Positions 46,152 through 55,443 of a DNA stretch of 64,000 nt are shown piece by piece. How positions within the stretch are numbered: the first letter of the stretch is position 1; each line of letters starts with the position of its first letter. This DNA is from an uncultured Candidatus Saccharimonas sp. (GTDB lineage: Bacteria > Patescibacteriota > Saccharimonadia > Saccharimonadales > Saccharimonadaceae), in contig CAUSJG010000002.1 in the NCBI GenBank assembly GCA_963532115.1, positions 12,550 to 76,549 on the forward strand. The letters are read 5' to 3'. Position numbers and translations under genes: made by a program. Under the pieces are notes generated by a model. That model saw only the letters and a list, made by a program, of their open reading frames with translations, was not told the DNA's origin and searched no databases.

Positions 46152-47954
46152 TTATAAATTATTTTTAGCTAAATACACTCCAGACGTGTGATATTCTTGA
46201 TGATTATCTGTTCCACGCTTTTCGATTTCACCACTTAAGCCGAGTTTAATGATGAAACCACCTGAGTGCCTACCGTTGTTAATGCATATTCCAGCAAATG
46301 CTGTTTCGTGCTTAGGCCAGTATTTCTCTGGAATTTTTTCGAGCATTTTACCATTTCCGTAATTTCCAGTAAAAGATAGGCGGAATCCACAAAATCCATT
46401 TTTCTTGTAGAAAAGACCTTTAGCTCCCCACCCCATATCTATCATCTCCCAGTGGTCTGTGTCTTCCTGACTATCCGTGAGAACCTTTCTGCCTCGCGAG
46501 AAAATATCGCCTAAAACATCTAAATCACCGAATTCAGGAACTTTATTTACACCTACCTTTTCAGTATTGTTTGAAATAAAGAAAATTGGTTTTCCTGGCG
46601 AAATTTCTGCTACAGATGAAGTTTCACTCAATCTGTCTGTTACCTTTACTTCAATCTCGAAACTACCAGCACGATTTAAGCTCAGGTATTGCCTTTGAGC
46701 CGAGAAATTCGCTTCTGTAAGAACTGCTTGAATCGTTTTCCAGTTCTCCCAACTTCCACCGCTCGCTCTGTGCCGCATTTGGAGCAAAACAATGCGGTTT
46801 TTGTTCGAATTTATAATTTTTAATGTTGAGATTGTTCCGGAAATATCAATTTCTACTGTTTCATCAAAATTGTTTTGTCGCTTCGCTGAAACGCTCAAAA
46901 CTGGCGCAGAATATGGCAAAACTTCCGCTGTTTTATTGACGGTTTTCGAAATCCCACGCGAATCCACTGCTGAAGCTGAAATTGTTAAGCTACCTGCTGA
47001 ATTTATCGCTCTTTCGAAAATCGCTTGAACCTGCTGATTTTCGCTATAATCTGCTGAAATTGTTGCTCCGTCTGCTGCAAAAACATATCTTGATGGGCTA
47101 GCATATTTTTTCGCAGCCATTTTATTTTTCGGCAAAACCCACGCTTTTGGTTTCGAAAATCCCTGCACGAATATTTTAGGATTTCCAGTAATTTCTGTAA
47201 TTTTGGCGTTAGAATCTGCAAAATCAAAATCGTTAAAATCTGGCTGAATTTTGCTTGAATCGAGCTGAATTTCGACATTTGTCCAGCTGAGCCCGCCTAT
47301 CTGCGTTCCGCCGTTCCAAGTGGTAATATCTGCTCCAAGGCTTGTTCTTGTGGTGTTAGCCATTCGTTTATAGATTTCATCTATTTCTCTTTCGTTAGGT
47401 TGCCACACGAATTCACCTTGAGCGTGTTCAAAGCGAACAATTTCATTTTGATCTGGAATTTGCAACGAGCCAATATGTGTGAAGTTAGCTTTTCGGTTCA
47501 TATTGAGCTGGATTGGTTCGCCTAAAGTGTAAAGACCTTTCGAAAAGCTTGGATTGCTCTGACGTGGAATTGTAGGCAGATTATAAACGCGAGAAGTTCC
47601 TTGGCTTCGTCCGCCACCGTAAAAACTTAATCCTACGCCAATTTGGAACTCCGCTGTTCCGTCATCTCGGTGATTAACGCGAACAGTTCCACTGGCAATA
47701 TAATGGTTTCGAGTGCTTAAATTTCCTTGATACGGCTTAATTCTTCCGCCATTGTTATAAACTTGTCCAGCATTTGTATTTACAAATCCGGCGTCAAGCT
47801 GTGAGTCTGATCGATTAAAATGTGCGTGAAATTGCCAATTCAATAAGCTGAAATTACCTGCAATATCTTGATGTGCTAATTGAAAATCGACAAATGCGTA
47901 ATTATCATTATTGCCACCAATGCGCACACCATTAGCGCGAAAACTCTCATTCAT
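46152..47954 (-). CDS. tail fibre / receptor-binding protein candidate
   Basis: 600 aa, the last large gene of the tail module, Gly/Asn/Ser-rich. The call rests on position. Confidence 0.45.
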   Translation of the reverse strand: MNESFRANGVRIGGNNDNYAFVDFQLAHQDIAGNFSLLNWQFHAHFNRSDSQLDAGFVNTNAGQVYNNGGRIKPYQGNLSTRNHYIASGTVRVNHRDDGTAEFQIGVGLSFYGGGRSQGTSRVYNLPTIPRQSNPSFSKGLYTLGEPIQLNMNRKANFTHIGSLQIPDQNEIVRFEHAQGEFVWQPNEREIDEIYKRMANTTRTSLGADITTWNGGTQIGGLSWTNVEIQLDSSKIQPDFNDFDFADSNAKITEITGNPKIFVQGFSKPKAWVLPKNKMAAKKYASPSRYVFAADGATISADYSENQQVQAIFERAINSAGSLTISASAVDSRGISKTVNKTAEVLPYSAPVLSVSAKRQNNFDETVEIDISGTISTLKIINSNKNRIVLLQMRHRASGGSWENWKTIQAVLTEANFSAQRQYLSLNRAGSFEIEVKVTDRLSETSSVAEISPGKPIFFISNNTEKVGVNKVPEFGDLDVLGDIFSRGRKVLTDSQEDTDHWEMIDMGWGAKGLFYKKNGFCGFRLSFTGNYGNGKMLEKIPEKYWPKHETAFAGICINNGRHSGGFIIKLGLSGEIEKRGTDNHQEYHTSGVYLAKNNL

Positions 47955-49945
47955 TATCTTTCTCCTTTCGAATTTGCAACAAATGCCCAGCCAGTCTTTT
48001 CGCCATCTTTAATCGCTACAATTTTAATTGGCGACATATCGATTTCATCTTCCGCTTTAAATTTCTTCACCTCAGTCGTATCCTTATTAACAGTAAAAAC
48101 TCGCTGTATGTTATGTCCAATTTTTGAATATCCGGAGAATTCTAATGGTGTAATAGCGGTATAATCACCCTCGTTAACCGAACTCTTGATGATCAAACCG
48201 TGCTCATCGATATGTAAATTTGCATTCGAAATTTCACCCTGAGCTTGTGTCCAAACGCTGGCGGTTTTATTGTTCACTAAGCTCAAATCCGCAAAAGCAA
48301 TTGTTGAATTTGCGTTTGCTGTAATTCTTACGCTTAGAGCATTATTCTGTGGCAGAATTCCTTCAATTTTTACTTCTGCCCAATCGAAACTAGTGCCTTC
48401 TACAATTTCGAAAGTTCTCGCAACTGTTTCACCGTCTAAAATTTCAATTTTACCTGAGCCAATTACTGGTTTTTTAACTCGACAAGAAAAACTGTAGAAA
48501 TTTTGTTTTTCACTTGTAAAATTCGAAGCTACTGCCACAGTTTGCGTTAAGCTATCATTTCGAATTGTGATCTTTCGCCCTGAAACAGCTCCTTTACTAC
48601 GAGCTTCAGCAGAATTTTCAACCGAAAGATTTTGAACAGCTCGAATAATCCAGAAATTAGGCGAGTTAGTCTTTTCATCGAATGAATAAAATGCGGAATT
48701 CTTAAGCAAATTCAAGCCACCAGTTTTTGATAGCGTATAATTAAAGTCCGTTAAAGTTTGATCAAGACGTGAAAACTTTTCGAACGTTTCGCTTTCTAAT
48801 TTCTCTTTTTGCGAAATCACGCTTGCGATTTCTTGCTTTTGTTTATCAACGACGATTTCAGTATTAAAAATAGTTCTAGCAATTCCACCAGCTCGTTTGT
48901 AATCTGTTTTAGTTTTTTCTAATTCTTTACCAACCAAAGATTCTTTAATACTCGAACCGCTAATTTCAATTTTAATGCCTGAAATCACGCTTTCAGTGAA
49001 GTTATCACCGTTTTGAATTTCAACTCGATCACCAATTTCAAACCAGAATAAGCCGATTGTTTCCGCCTCGAACGGCTGGGCTTCATATCCCTTTACCGCC
49101 TCAAAAATTGACGAAATAACTTCAGTTCGGTTTTTGTCTAAAATTTCATTATTTGCGAGTTTAAATTCACTTTCGCCCTGTTGTGCAACTTTTTCATTAT
49201 CTTTCACAAAAATATTATCTTCTTGTGGCGTTCTTGCAAGCGTTAATGTATTTATTGGCACATTTTTTGGCTTAAATTTTAAGCTTTTTAATTCGGAATA
49301 AGTTATTCGGTCAATTTTTGCACGCTTAATTGGTTCAAATCTTAAAGCAGAATTTCGAACGATCGCAGTTGTTGCGGTCGCTCCACAAACCTCGTCAAGA
49401 ATACTTCGAAAAGTAGTCTTGTTTATTTTTTCCCACAAATCTTTTGAAATTGTAAAATTTGCGTTCGGTAATCTTTCAAAATCCGCTCGTTTGAACTCAA
49501 GATTGAACTTATTTGCAATTTGAACTACTAAGTCTGTCAAAGAAGCAGGAAAAGTTAAACTGCCAGCTGAATATTCTTGAGTTGAAAGTCCCGCTATAAA
49601 ATCAAAACCTTTAATTGTTGTGGTGTTTTTCTCAAGATTTACTGAGCTTTCCGAAATTCGAAAACTGCCAAGATTTATTTTCTCAAAAGTATTGTTTTGA
49701 AAATTAGTTTTAACTTCAATTTCAACCTGAATAACCTGATTAATTAGATTCTTCGAAACACCCAAAATTACGGCCGAAAATCCACTCATTGAGCTTAAAA
49801 ATGGCGCTCCTGTTCGTTCGATCGAAAAACTAGCAAGTTCATCATTACTGGTTATTTTTGTGCCATTCGCCAAAATTAACGCAGTTCGAATTTCCCTCGT
49901 TGGCTGTTTGATTGCTTGTTTGAAATTTTCACTAACAATAAGCAT
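47954..49945 (-). CDS. tail tip / baseplate structural protein
   Basis: 663 aa, in the usual position of the tail-associated (Tal-like) protein downstream of the tape measure. Confidence 0.5.
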   Translation of the reverse strand: MLIVSENFKQAIKQPTREIRTALILANGTKITSNDELASFSIERTGAPFLSSMSGFSAVILGVSKNLINQVIQVEIEVKTNFQNNTFEKINLGSFRISESSVNLEKNTTTIKGFDFIAGLSTQEYSAGSLTFPASLTDLVVQIANKFNLEFKRADFERLPNANFTISKDLWEKINKTTFRSILDEVCGATATTAIVRNSALRFEPIKRAKIDRITYSELKSLKFKPKNVPINTLTLARTPQEDNIFVKDNEKVAQQGESEFKLANNEILDKNRTEVISSIFEAVKGYEAQPFEAETIGLFWFEIGDRVEIQNGDNFTESVISGIKIEISGSSIKESLVGKELEKTKTDYKRAGGIARTIFNTEIVVDKQKQEIASVISQKEKLESETFEKFSRLDQTLTDFNYTLSKTGGLNLLKNSAFYSFDEKTNSPNFWIIRAVQNLSVENSAEARSKGAVSGRKITIRNDSLTQTVAVASNFTSEKQNFYSFSCRVKKPVIGSGKIEILDGETVARTFEIVEGTSFDWAEVKIEGILPQNNALSVRITANANSTIAFADLSLVNNKTASVWTQAQGEISNANLHIDEHGLIIKSSVNEGDYTAITPLEFSGYSKIGHNIQRVFTVNKDTTEVKKFKAEDEIDMSPIKIVAIKDGEKTGWAFVANSKGER

Positions 49946-50320
49946 TTACGCCTCTTTTCTAACTGGAATTAAACTCACTTTAAAGGGGTCGAAAATTCCA
50001 CGTTTTTTGTCTTTGAGCTGAACGCTGTAATCGCCAGCGTAAAATTGGCCAGATTTCATCGCATTATATTTTGGGTCGAAATATTCAACTGTGAAAAATG
50101 GTAAATCAACCACGCGTGCGATTTTTTGGATTTCTGCCACAGTTAAAATTCCGCCAAATTCAACTTCAATTTTTGGGAAAATTCCAATCATTGTTGCACG
50201 AATTTCGCCGGCCATATTGCGGTCTGAATTTAGCCAGAGCTTATTTCTCTGGAGTTGATAACTTTTCAAATTCGAAAAAACCTGACCATTGATTTTAAGT
50301 AATTCACCATTTATTTGCAT
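49946..50320 (-). CDS. small tail structural protein
   Basis: Trimmed to ATG 50320 (AAGGGGA RBS), because the longer ORF covers a promoter/terminator cassette. Confidence 0.45.
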   Translation of the reverse strand: MQINGELLKINGQVFSNLKSYQLQRNKLWLNSDRNMAGEIRATMIGIFPKIEVEFGGILTVAEIQKIARVVDLPFFTVEYFDPKYNAMKSGQFYAGDYSVQLKDKKRGIFDPFKVSLIPVRKEA

Positions 50321-50346
50321 TTTCGAAATTCCCCTTTCGTTTGGAC

Positions 50347-50428
50347 ATAAAAAAGCGACCCACCCCGAGGGGTGAATCGCAAATGGTTCTTCTAACTTTA
50401 TTATACCAAACTTTAGCCTTTTTGGCAA
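50347..50428 (-). promoter_or_regulatory. late cassette B: promoter + conserved box + intrinsic terminator
   Basis: Minus strand TTGCCA-17 nt-TGGTATAAT, then 9 nt, then AGAACCATTTGCGA. A 12-bp hairpin GCGAUUCACCCC-UC-GGGGUGGGUCGC (two G:U pairs) follows, then UUUUUUAU. Confidence 0.6.
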
Positions 50429-50447
50429 AAAATAAGTTTAAAATTAA

Positions 50448-51197
50448 TTAATAATTTAATACATCTTTAGAGCTTAGTAATCCGTTTACAAAATGAAAAT
50501 GTGCGTATTTACCTTCATATTTACAGCGATACATTTGGCTCTTACCAATAGCACTATCAGAATCACTATATTTTTCACAAGCTTTCTTAATATCATATAC
50601 ATTAGAAAGGTTGTCTATATTCGCACCAATGGCTATTTTTTCATATCTTGCATTAGTTAGATATAAGTTATTATTAGGTTCTTCCTTAGAAAAAGATATT
50701 TCGGCTTTACCATAATAATAAGGCTCACCATTTATTGCAATGATTTTATCGACACTTTCTGCGCCGCGATCTTGATTTGTAACTAATACTTCGATTTTAT
50801 TGTTTTCCTGTTGTGAAAAATCTGAAATATTAAACGTTACAAAATCCTCCAACGACTCTTTTCCTTGAGTTTCTTTTTCTATAGTCTTATTACATTTGCT
50901 CAATGGGTCTTTATGACTGACCGTATTTTCACAGTTGATTCTAATGCTCATTTTTGCAACATTTTTAAATCCTGAGATTTTGATCTTATAACTATTTTTA
51001 CCAGTTTCAAGAGTTTGGTCTTTCTCTATATTAACAGATATTTTCTGTTTTGAGACCTCGTTGCTTATCTCTTTATTTCCCTTTTTGGCCGAAGAACCTG
51101 CCCAGACTATAATAATAAAAAACAGTATAAAAACAGATATAATCGTATATAATATAGCTTTTTTATCCGAATTCAATCTCGTTTTTTTCTGATTCAT
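50448..51197 (-). CDS. membrane-anchored exported protein inserted in the tail module (moron-like)
   Basis: 249 aa; N-terminal TM helix (AILYTIISVFILFFIIIVWAG). Has its own promoter and 5' leader, and follows the terminator that comes after the tape measure gene. Confidence 0.6.
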   Translation of the reverse strand: MNQKKTRLNSDKKAILYTIISVFILFFIIIVWAGSSAKKGNKEISNEVSKQKISVNIEKDQTLETGKNSYKIKISGFKNVAKMSIRINCENTVSHKDPLSKCNKTIEKETQGKESLEDFVTFNISDFSQQENNKIEVLVTNQDRGAESVDKIIAINGEPYYYGKAEISFSKEEPNNNLYLTNARYEKIAIGANIDNLSNVYDIKKACEKYSDSDSAIGKSQMYRCKYEGKYAHFHFVNGLLSSKDVLNY

Positions 51198-51367
51198 TTT
51201 TTTCCAATCCTCGACTAAATAAATTGAGCCGATGTTTAAAGTAGTATTGTTGTTCAGACGAATACGAAAGCTTCAAAATAAGCAAAAACATCAGCTCAAT
51301 TTAAAAGCTTTCCGTATTTTTTTGTCTGAACAATTTTATTATACAACCAAAAGCCTATCAAAATCAA
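51198..51367 (-). promoter_or_regulatory. promoter and structured 5' leader of the moron gene
   Basis: Minus strand TTGATT-18 nt-TATAAT (51338-51367). The leader contains two interleaved long helices: A/A' (51305-51332 with 51251-51273) and B/B' (51287-51302 with 51222-51237). Confidence 0.5.
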
Positions 51368-51369
51368 GC

Positions 51370-51389
51370 AAAAAAGAGGCATTCGCCCC
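51370..51389 (-). terminator. intrinsic terminator directly after the tape measure gene
   Basis: Minus strand GGGGC-GAAU-GCCUC + UUUUUU, 10 nt after the stop codon. Confidence 0.6.
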
Positions 51390-51398
51390 TTTTTCTCT

Positions 51399-54300
51399 TT
51401 AGATATCAAACACCGTTCTATTTTCAAGGAAACTTTTCGCATTGACACCATCAATAATTTTATTAACCAGCGTGTCCTCGCCAACCTTAACCGTGATTTG
51501 CTGTTTTTGGTTGCGAATCGCTTCTTCGATCTTATCCATCGCAGTCTCGCGTTCTTTATCGAGTTTGCTTTGGTAATCAAGATGAGCTTTTACGGTTTGA
51601 TCAACGCCATAATCTGGAGTATCTACGTCAAAATTGGTTTTCACTGTATACTCTGGGATTTCGAAGTCGGTCATTTTAGTGAAAGCTTTTGAAACTGTGT
51701 TCATCTCGCTTTGGATTCCAAGCGCGAAACCTTCGCTCACGAATCCACCATAACTCTTAAACAATCTTGAAGGTGAATGGATGCCAAGGAATTTTTTCAC
51801 ACCTTCCACAGCCCCAGAAAACATATTTCTCATATTATTAGCAATATTTCCAATTCCGGATTTTAATCCTTCCCAAATATTTCTACCAATATTCGAAAAA
51901 GTTTGCCAAGCATTCGAAAATGCGTTTTTAATATCGCCCCAGCGGTCGCTAAACCACTGACCGATTCCGCCAAAAAATGATGTAATTCCATTCCAAGCGT
52001 CCGAGCCTGCTTTTTTTGCCCAGCTGATAAATTCACCAAATTTTTCACCAGCCCAGCCTGCAAATTTCCCTAATTGATCACCAGCTGTCGCAAGACTCTT
52101 TCCCATCGGCCCGAAGAACCCTTGATCAGCGCCGCTTTTCGAATCGCGATAAGTTTTTACAATATCTTGAGACTTTGTTTTTGTAGTATTTTCAAGTCGT
52201 GAAATATCTTCTTCGCTGACTTTCACCATATTGCCGTTTTCATCTTTGTATTCCAAAACGCCACTCTTTAATGCATCGATTGCATCTTTCGAATTTTTAT
52301 ATTTTCCTTGGATTACGGCTTGTGAAGTTGCATCAGCTAGCCTTTGAGCTAATTCCTCATCCTTTGCTTTTTTAAGCTCTTCAGTTTTAGATTTCGTGTC
52401 TTGGATCGCCTTGTTCATATTATCCTGTGAAGTTTGAACTTTTTGATTAGCTTGTTCGAGCAGCAAACCTTTTTCATAAACCGCTTGTTGCTGTGGAGTT
52501 AAGTTTTCGAAAGCAAGCGTTCCAGATTCAATTTGCGACTTAACACTTTCAAAACTTATTCCAGTTTGTTGCTGAGCTATCGCCAATTCTTCCATCGCTC
52601 TCTTTTGAGCCTTTACTGCCTCGATTCTTTGCAAATTTGCATCAGTTTCAGAATTTCTCGCATTTTTAAGATTTTCTTCTGCCGTTTTAACACCATCAAC
52701 TGCTTTTTGCAGATCTTCTTGAGCCTTCTTGAGTGCTTTAGCTCGAGCTTCGCTCTCCCACATTGCAGGATTTCCTTGTTCGAAGGCTGATTTTATCGAA
52801 CCACCCAAGAATGCAAATCCTGCTGCAATACCGGCTATTGCTAAAATTAATGGATGAGCCATTACTGTATTGAAAGCGCCAATTACCGAAGTTTTAATAC
52901 TTGCACCGAGTGCAATAACCGATGCTTTTATACCCGCAATTCCTCCACCAGCAAGCACAAATGCACTTTTTACTGAACCGAGGCTCGAGACCATAGAAGC
53001 CATTACTTGAGGGCTTGAAAGCGCTAGGGCTTGCATTGTTTTGACACCTGCATTAAATGCTGAAATTGCTTCAGCAGCTTTAATTGCTACAGTCATTCCA
53101 CCAATTGTAATAGTAATTTGAGTTAGGAAATCAACCAGTCCTTTATCTTTCGACATTGCTCGAAAAGCATCACCAATTCCATTTAAGAATTTCACGATTC
53201 CTGATCCGATAAAACCAACGAGTGGCGCAATAAAAGCATCAATGAAGGGACGCGAGAAATTATAAGCAGATTTAAACATTTCACCAAGAAATCTCGCCGC
53301 CCCACCAACTGCATTCAAAAAAGCAGGCAAAAGTTCATTTCCAGCCCAACTAATAATTGGTTTTAGATATCGCTCCCAAGCATCGCCGATAACCTCAAAA
53401 ACTGGTTTTGCGGTTGCTTTAATATCATCCCAAAATCGTTTAAAAGCCGAACCGATTTTCTTGAAATCAAACATATCTGAGAAAAAGCCCTTAATCTTAT
53501 TTGCAATTTCTTCAGCTTTTAATCCAATATCATCAAATGCGTTTTTAAATCCGCCTGTTGGAATTTCTGGCATGTCAAAATCAACACCACCGCCACCGCC
53601 AGAGCCAGCTCCACCGCCGCCACCGCCTGAACCTGTATCTTCAGGTGTTTTTAGCACATTCATTTCATCAAATTTAGCAAGACCAAGGAGTTCTTTCTTT
53701 AGTTTTTTAGCTGAACCTGCGGCTTTATTCATTCCGCCAGCTCCACCTGAACCGCCTGCAGATTTACCGAGATTACTCATTCCCTTCGAAGCAGAATCTG
53801 CTGCTTTCGAAACTCCACCAAAGCCGAGTGCTCCGCCTGCTTTTTTAGTTACGCCAAACAACGAAGAAATTGCCGAAATAACATAATTCACCATTGTGCC
53901 GATAACTTTCATAAAGCCAACAATATACGGAATTGCAGCGTTAATTGCAGGTATCAAAACGCTAGACACAAAGTTTGAGACGCTCAAAACAACAGGCGCG
54001 AAGGCTGAGCCAAGAGTCGCAGCAACATTCGAAAGCTCTGCGCGCAAAATTGCCAGTGCTCCTTCAAGTGTCATCGATTCTCGTGCAAAATTACCAGCAT
54101 ACTTCCCTGTTCTATCCATAAACATTTGGTAGGCAATACCAACTTTCTCACCAGTGGTCATTTTCTCAATATTGCCTTGAATGCCTTTTTCGAGCATATA
54201 AGCAGATAATGCCGTATCGTTCATAGCAACGCCGAGGTTATCCATCATTGTGAAGTTACCTTTTGCCATTCCAGCTACGCTTTCAAGTGCAGCCTCTTGA

Positions 54301-54773
54301 CTAATTCCCATCACGCTTGCGACATCTGCTGCCCGTTGCATTGCTTTTGTGGTCATTATCATTGATTTTTGGACATCATAGCCTGCACCTTGAAAAAGCG
54401 AGCCCATTTTATTCGCCGCTGCTAAATATTGCGACATTGAAGTTCCCATTGTTTGAGCGGATTCTTTCGATTTTTGCTTTACAGCATCTGAAAACTGTCC
54501 AAAAACAGCTTCAGCACCGCCAAGGTTTTGCTCTAATGAACCAAATTCGCTAGTTGCTGCTTTTGCAACTCCAACAACAGCACTAAAAGCGCCCTTTAAA
54601 GCTCCGAGCGCTAATTGTGCTTTTAGAAACCCACCAGTAATTGATTCTCCTGAGCCTCTTGCAGATTGACTAACTTGTGCGAGATTCTCACGCACTTTTG
54701 CAATTTCGCTTTGGAATTTTGAACTGTTGGCTGAAATTAAAACCTGCAGTTCATCGATTGTGGTTTTACTCAT
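51399..54773 (-). CDS. tail tape measure protein
   Basis: 1124 aa, the largest gene. Ala/Gly-rich helical and hydrophobic segments, a poly-Gly tract, located after the chaperone pair. Confidence 0.88.
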   Translation of the reverse strand: MSKTTIDELQVLISANSSKFQSEIAKVRENLAQVSQSARGSGESITGGFLKAQLALGALKGAFSAVVGVAKAATSEFGSLEQNLGGAEAVFGQFSDAVKQKSKESAQTMGTSMSQYLAAANKMGSLFQGAGYDVQKSMIMTTKAMQRAADVASVMGISQEAALESVAGMAKGNFTMMDNLGVAMNDTALSAYMLEKGIQGNIEKMTTGEKVGIAYQMFMDRTGKYAGNFARESMTLEGALAILRAELSNVAATLGSAFAPVVLSVSNFVSSVLIPAINAAIPYIVGFMKVIGTMVNYVISAISSLFGVTKKAGGALGFGGVSKAADSASKGMSNLGKSAGGSGGAGGMNKAAGSAKKLKKELLGLAKFDEMNVLKTPEDTGSGGGGGGAGSGGGGGVDFDMPEIPTGGFKNAFDDIGLKAEEIANKIKGFFSDMFDFKKIGSAFKRFWDDIKATAKPVFEVIGDAWERYLKPIISWAGNELLPAFLNAVGGAARFLGEMFKSAYNFSRPFIDAFIAPLVGFIGSGIVKFLNGIGDAFRAMSKDKGLVDFLTQITITIGGMTVAIKAAEAISAFNAGVKTMQALALSSPQVMASMVSSLGSVKSAFVLAGGGIAGIKASVIALGASIKTSVIGAFNTVMAHPLILAIAGIAAGFAFLGGSIKSAFEQGNPAMWESEARAKALKKAQEDLQKAVDGVKTAEENLKNARNSETDANLQRIEAVKAQKRAMEELAIAQQQTGISFESVKSQIESGTLAFENLTPQQQAVYEKGLLLEQANQKVQTSQDNMNKAIQDTKSKTEELKKAKDEELAQRLADATSQAVIQGKYKNSKDAIDALKSGVLEYKDENGNMVKVSEEDISRLENTTKTKSQDIVKTYRDSKSGADQGFFGPMGKSLATAGDQLGKFAGWAGEKFGEFISWAKKAGSDAWNGITSFFGGIGQWFSDRWGDIKNAFSNAWQTFSNIGRNIWEGLKSGIGNIANNMRNMFSGAVEGVKKFLGIHSPSRLFKSYGGFVSEGFALGIQSEMNTVSKAFTKMTDFEIPEYTVKTNFDVDTPDYGVDQTVKAHLDYQSKLDKERETAMDKIEEAIRNQKQQITVKVGEDTLVNKIIDGVNAKSFLENRTVFDI

Positions 54774-55383
54774 AAACCTCCATATAGCCGCGCAATCTGA
54801 TCTAATGCTTCAATTGTCACAGGCTTCATTTTTTTCGTTCTATGCGCGTTTTTTGCCACAATTGGCTTACGCGGATAATGTTTCGGATCATTAACAGCAA
54901 AACTGATATATCGCCCAAGGATGTGATTCAATGCATCCGCTCGTTCAATTTCAGCTTTTTGTTTAGAATTAAACCCCGCAACACAGTTTCGAAACTCGGC
55001 GGGGCTTAGATTCCAATATTCGTCAATTTTTAACCCTATTTCGAAGGCTCTTGATTCGTTATCTCGCCAGCTTTGGCTGAAATTTTTTCTTCGATTTCTT
55101 TGAAGTGTTCTTCCATTCGTTTGCGAGCCTCCTTCAGATTGATTCGAGCGCTCTGAGGTAAAAAACCGCATTCACTCAATCTTTCCATAATTTTCAAAAT
55201 AACTTCTTCAAAACCGTATTTATCTAAAGCATCAGCGGCTTCATCTTCAGTCATTCCGCCTGCTATCATAATATCGGCAAGGTTGGAAAAACCTGCAAAA
55301 TTGTCCAATATTTCCAGAAAATTCAAGCCAGTTTCTCTTTCCATTTTTATAATATTTTTCGCTTTAAATTCAAGATTATTCAT
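54770..55383 (-). CDS. tail assembly chaperone, long form by programmed -1 frameshift (GT-like)
   Basis: The -1 frame ORF (54770-55171) opens just before the slippery U UUU UUA in codons 73-75 of the short form. Predicted fusion of about 205 aa. Confidence 0.6.
55036..55383 (-). CDS. tail assembly chaperone (G-like, short form)
   Basis: 115 aa, between the major tail and tape measure genes. Overlaps a -1 frame ORF. Confidence 0.7.
   Translation of the reverse strand: MNNLEFKAKNIIKMERETGLNFLEILDNFAGFSNLADIMIAGGMTEDEAADALDKYGFEEVILKIMERLSECGFLPQSARINLKEARKRMEEHFKEIEEKISAKAGEITNQEPSK
55159..55165 (-). promoter_or_regulatory. -1 ribosomal frameshift slippery heptamer U_UUU_UUA
   Basis: Zero-frame ggU UUU UUA; the -1 frame reads UUU UUU and continues open for 131 codons. 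Confidence 0.55.
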
Positions 55384-55416
55384 AGAGTTTCCTTGTTTAA
55401 TTTAATAATTTCAAAG

Positions 55417-55438
55417 TGGGGCGAATTTCAACGCCCCT
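55417..55438 (-). terminator. attenuating hairpin after the major tail gene
   Basis: Minus strand AGGGGCG-UUGAAAUU-CGCCCCA with a weak U tract. Confidence 0.45.
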
Positions 55439-55443
55439 ATAGT

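Noticed and set aside
50321-50428. N-terminal 36 codons of the 160-aa version of ORF 49946-50428.
   Set aside because: This segment is occupied by a consensus promoter, the conserved box and a 12-bp terminator hairpin. A good RBS precedes the internal ATG at 50320.
51296-51580. 94-aa minus-strand ORF overlapping the 3' end of the tape measure gene.
   Set aside because: It is out of frame within the tape measure gene and spans its terminator and the moron promoter. It has no RBS and a Lys/Arg-rich, low-complexity sequence.
53461-53886. The repetitive ccaccgcc tract and the 141-aa proline-rich plus-strand ORF, considered as a tandem repeat, VNTR or separate gene.
   Set aside because: It is the antisense of the poly-Gly linker (GSGGGGGGAGSGGGGG) of the tape measure protein. 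This is a short coding low-complexity run, not a repeat array.
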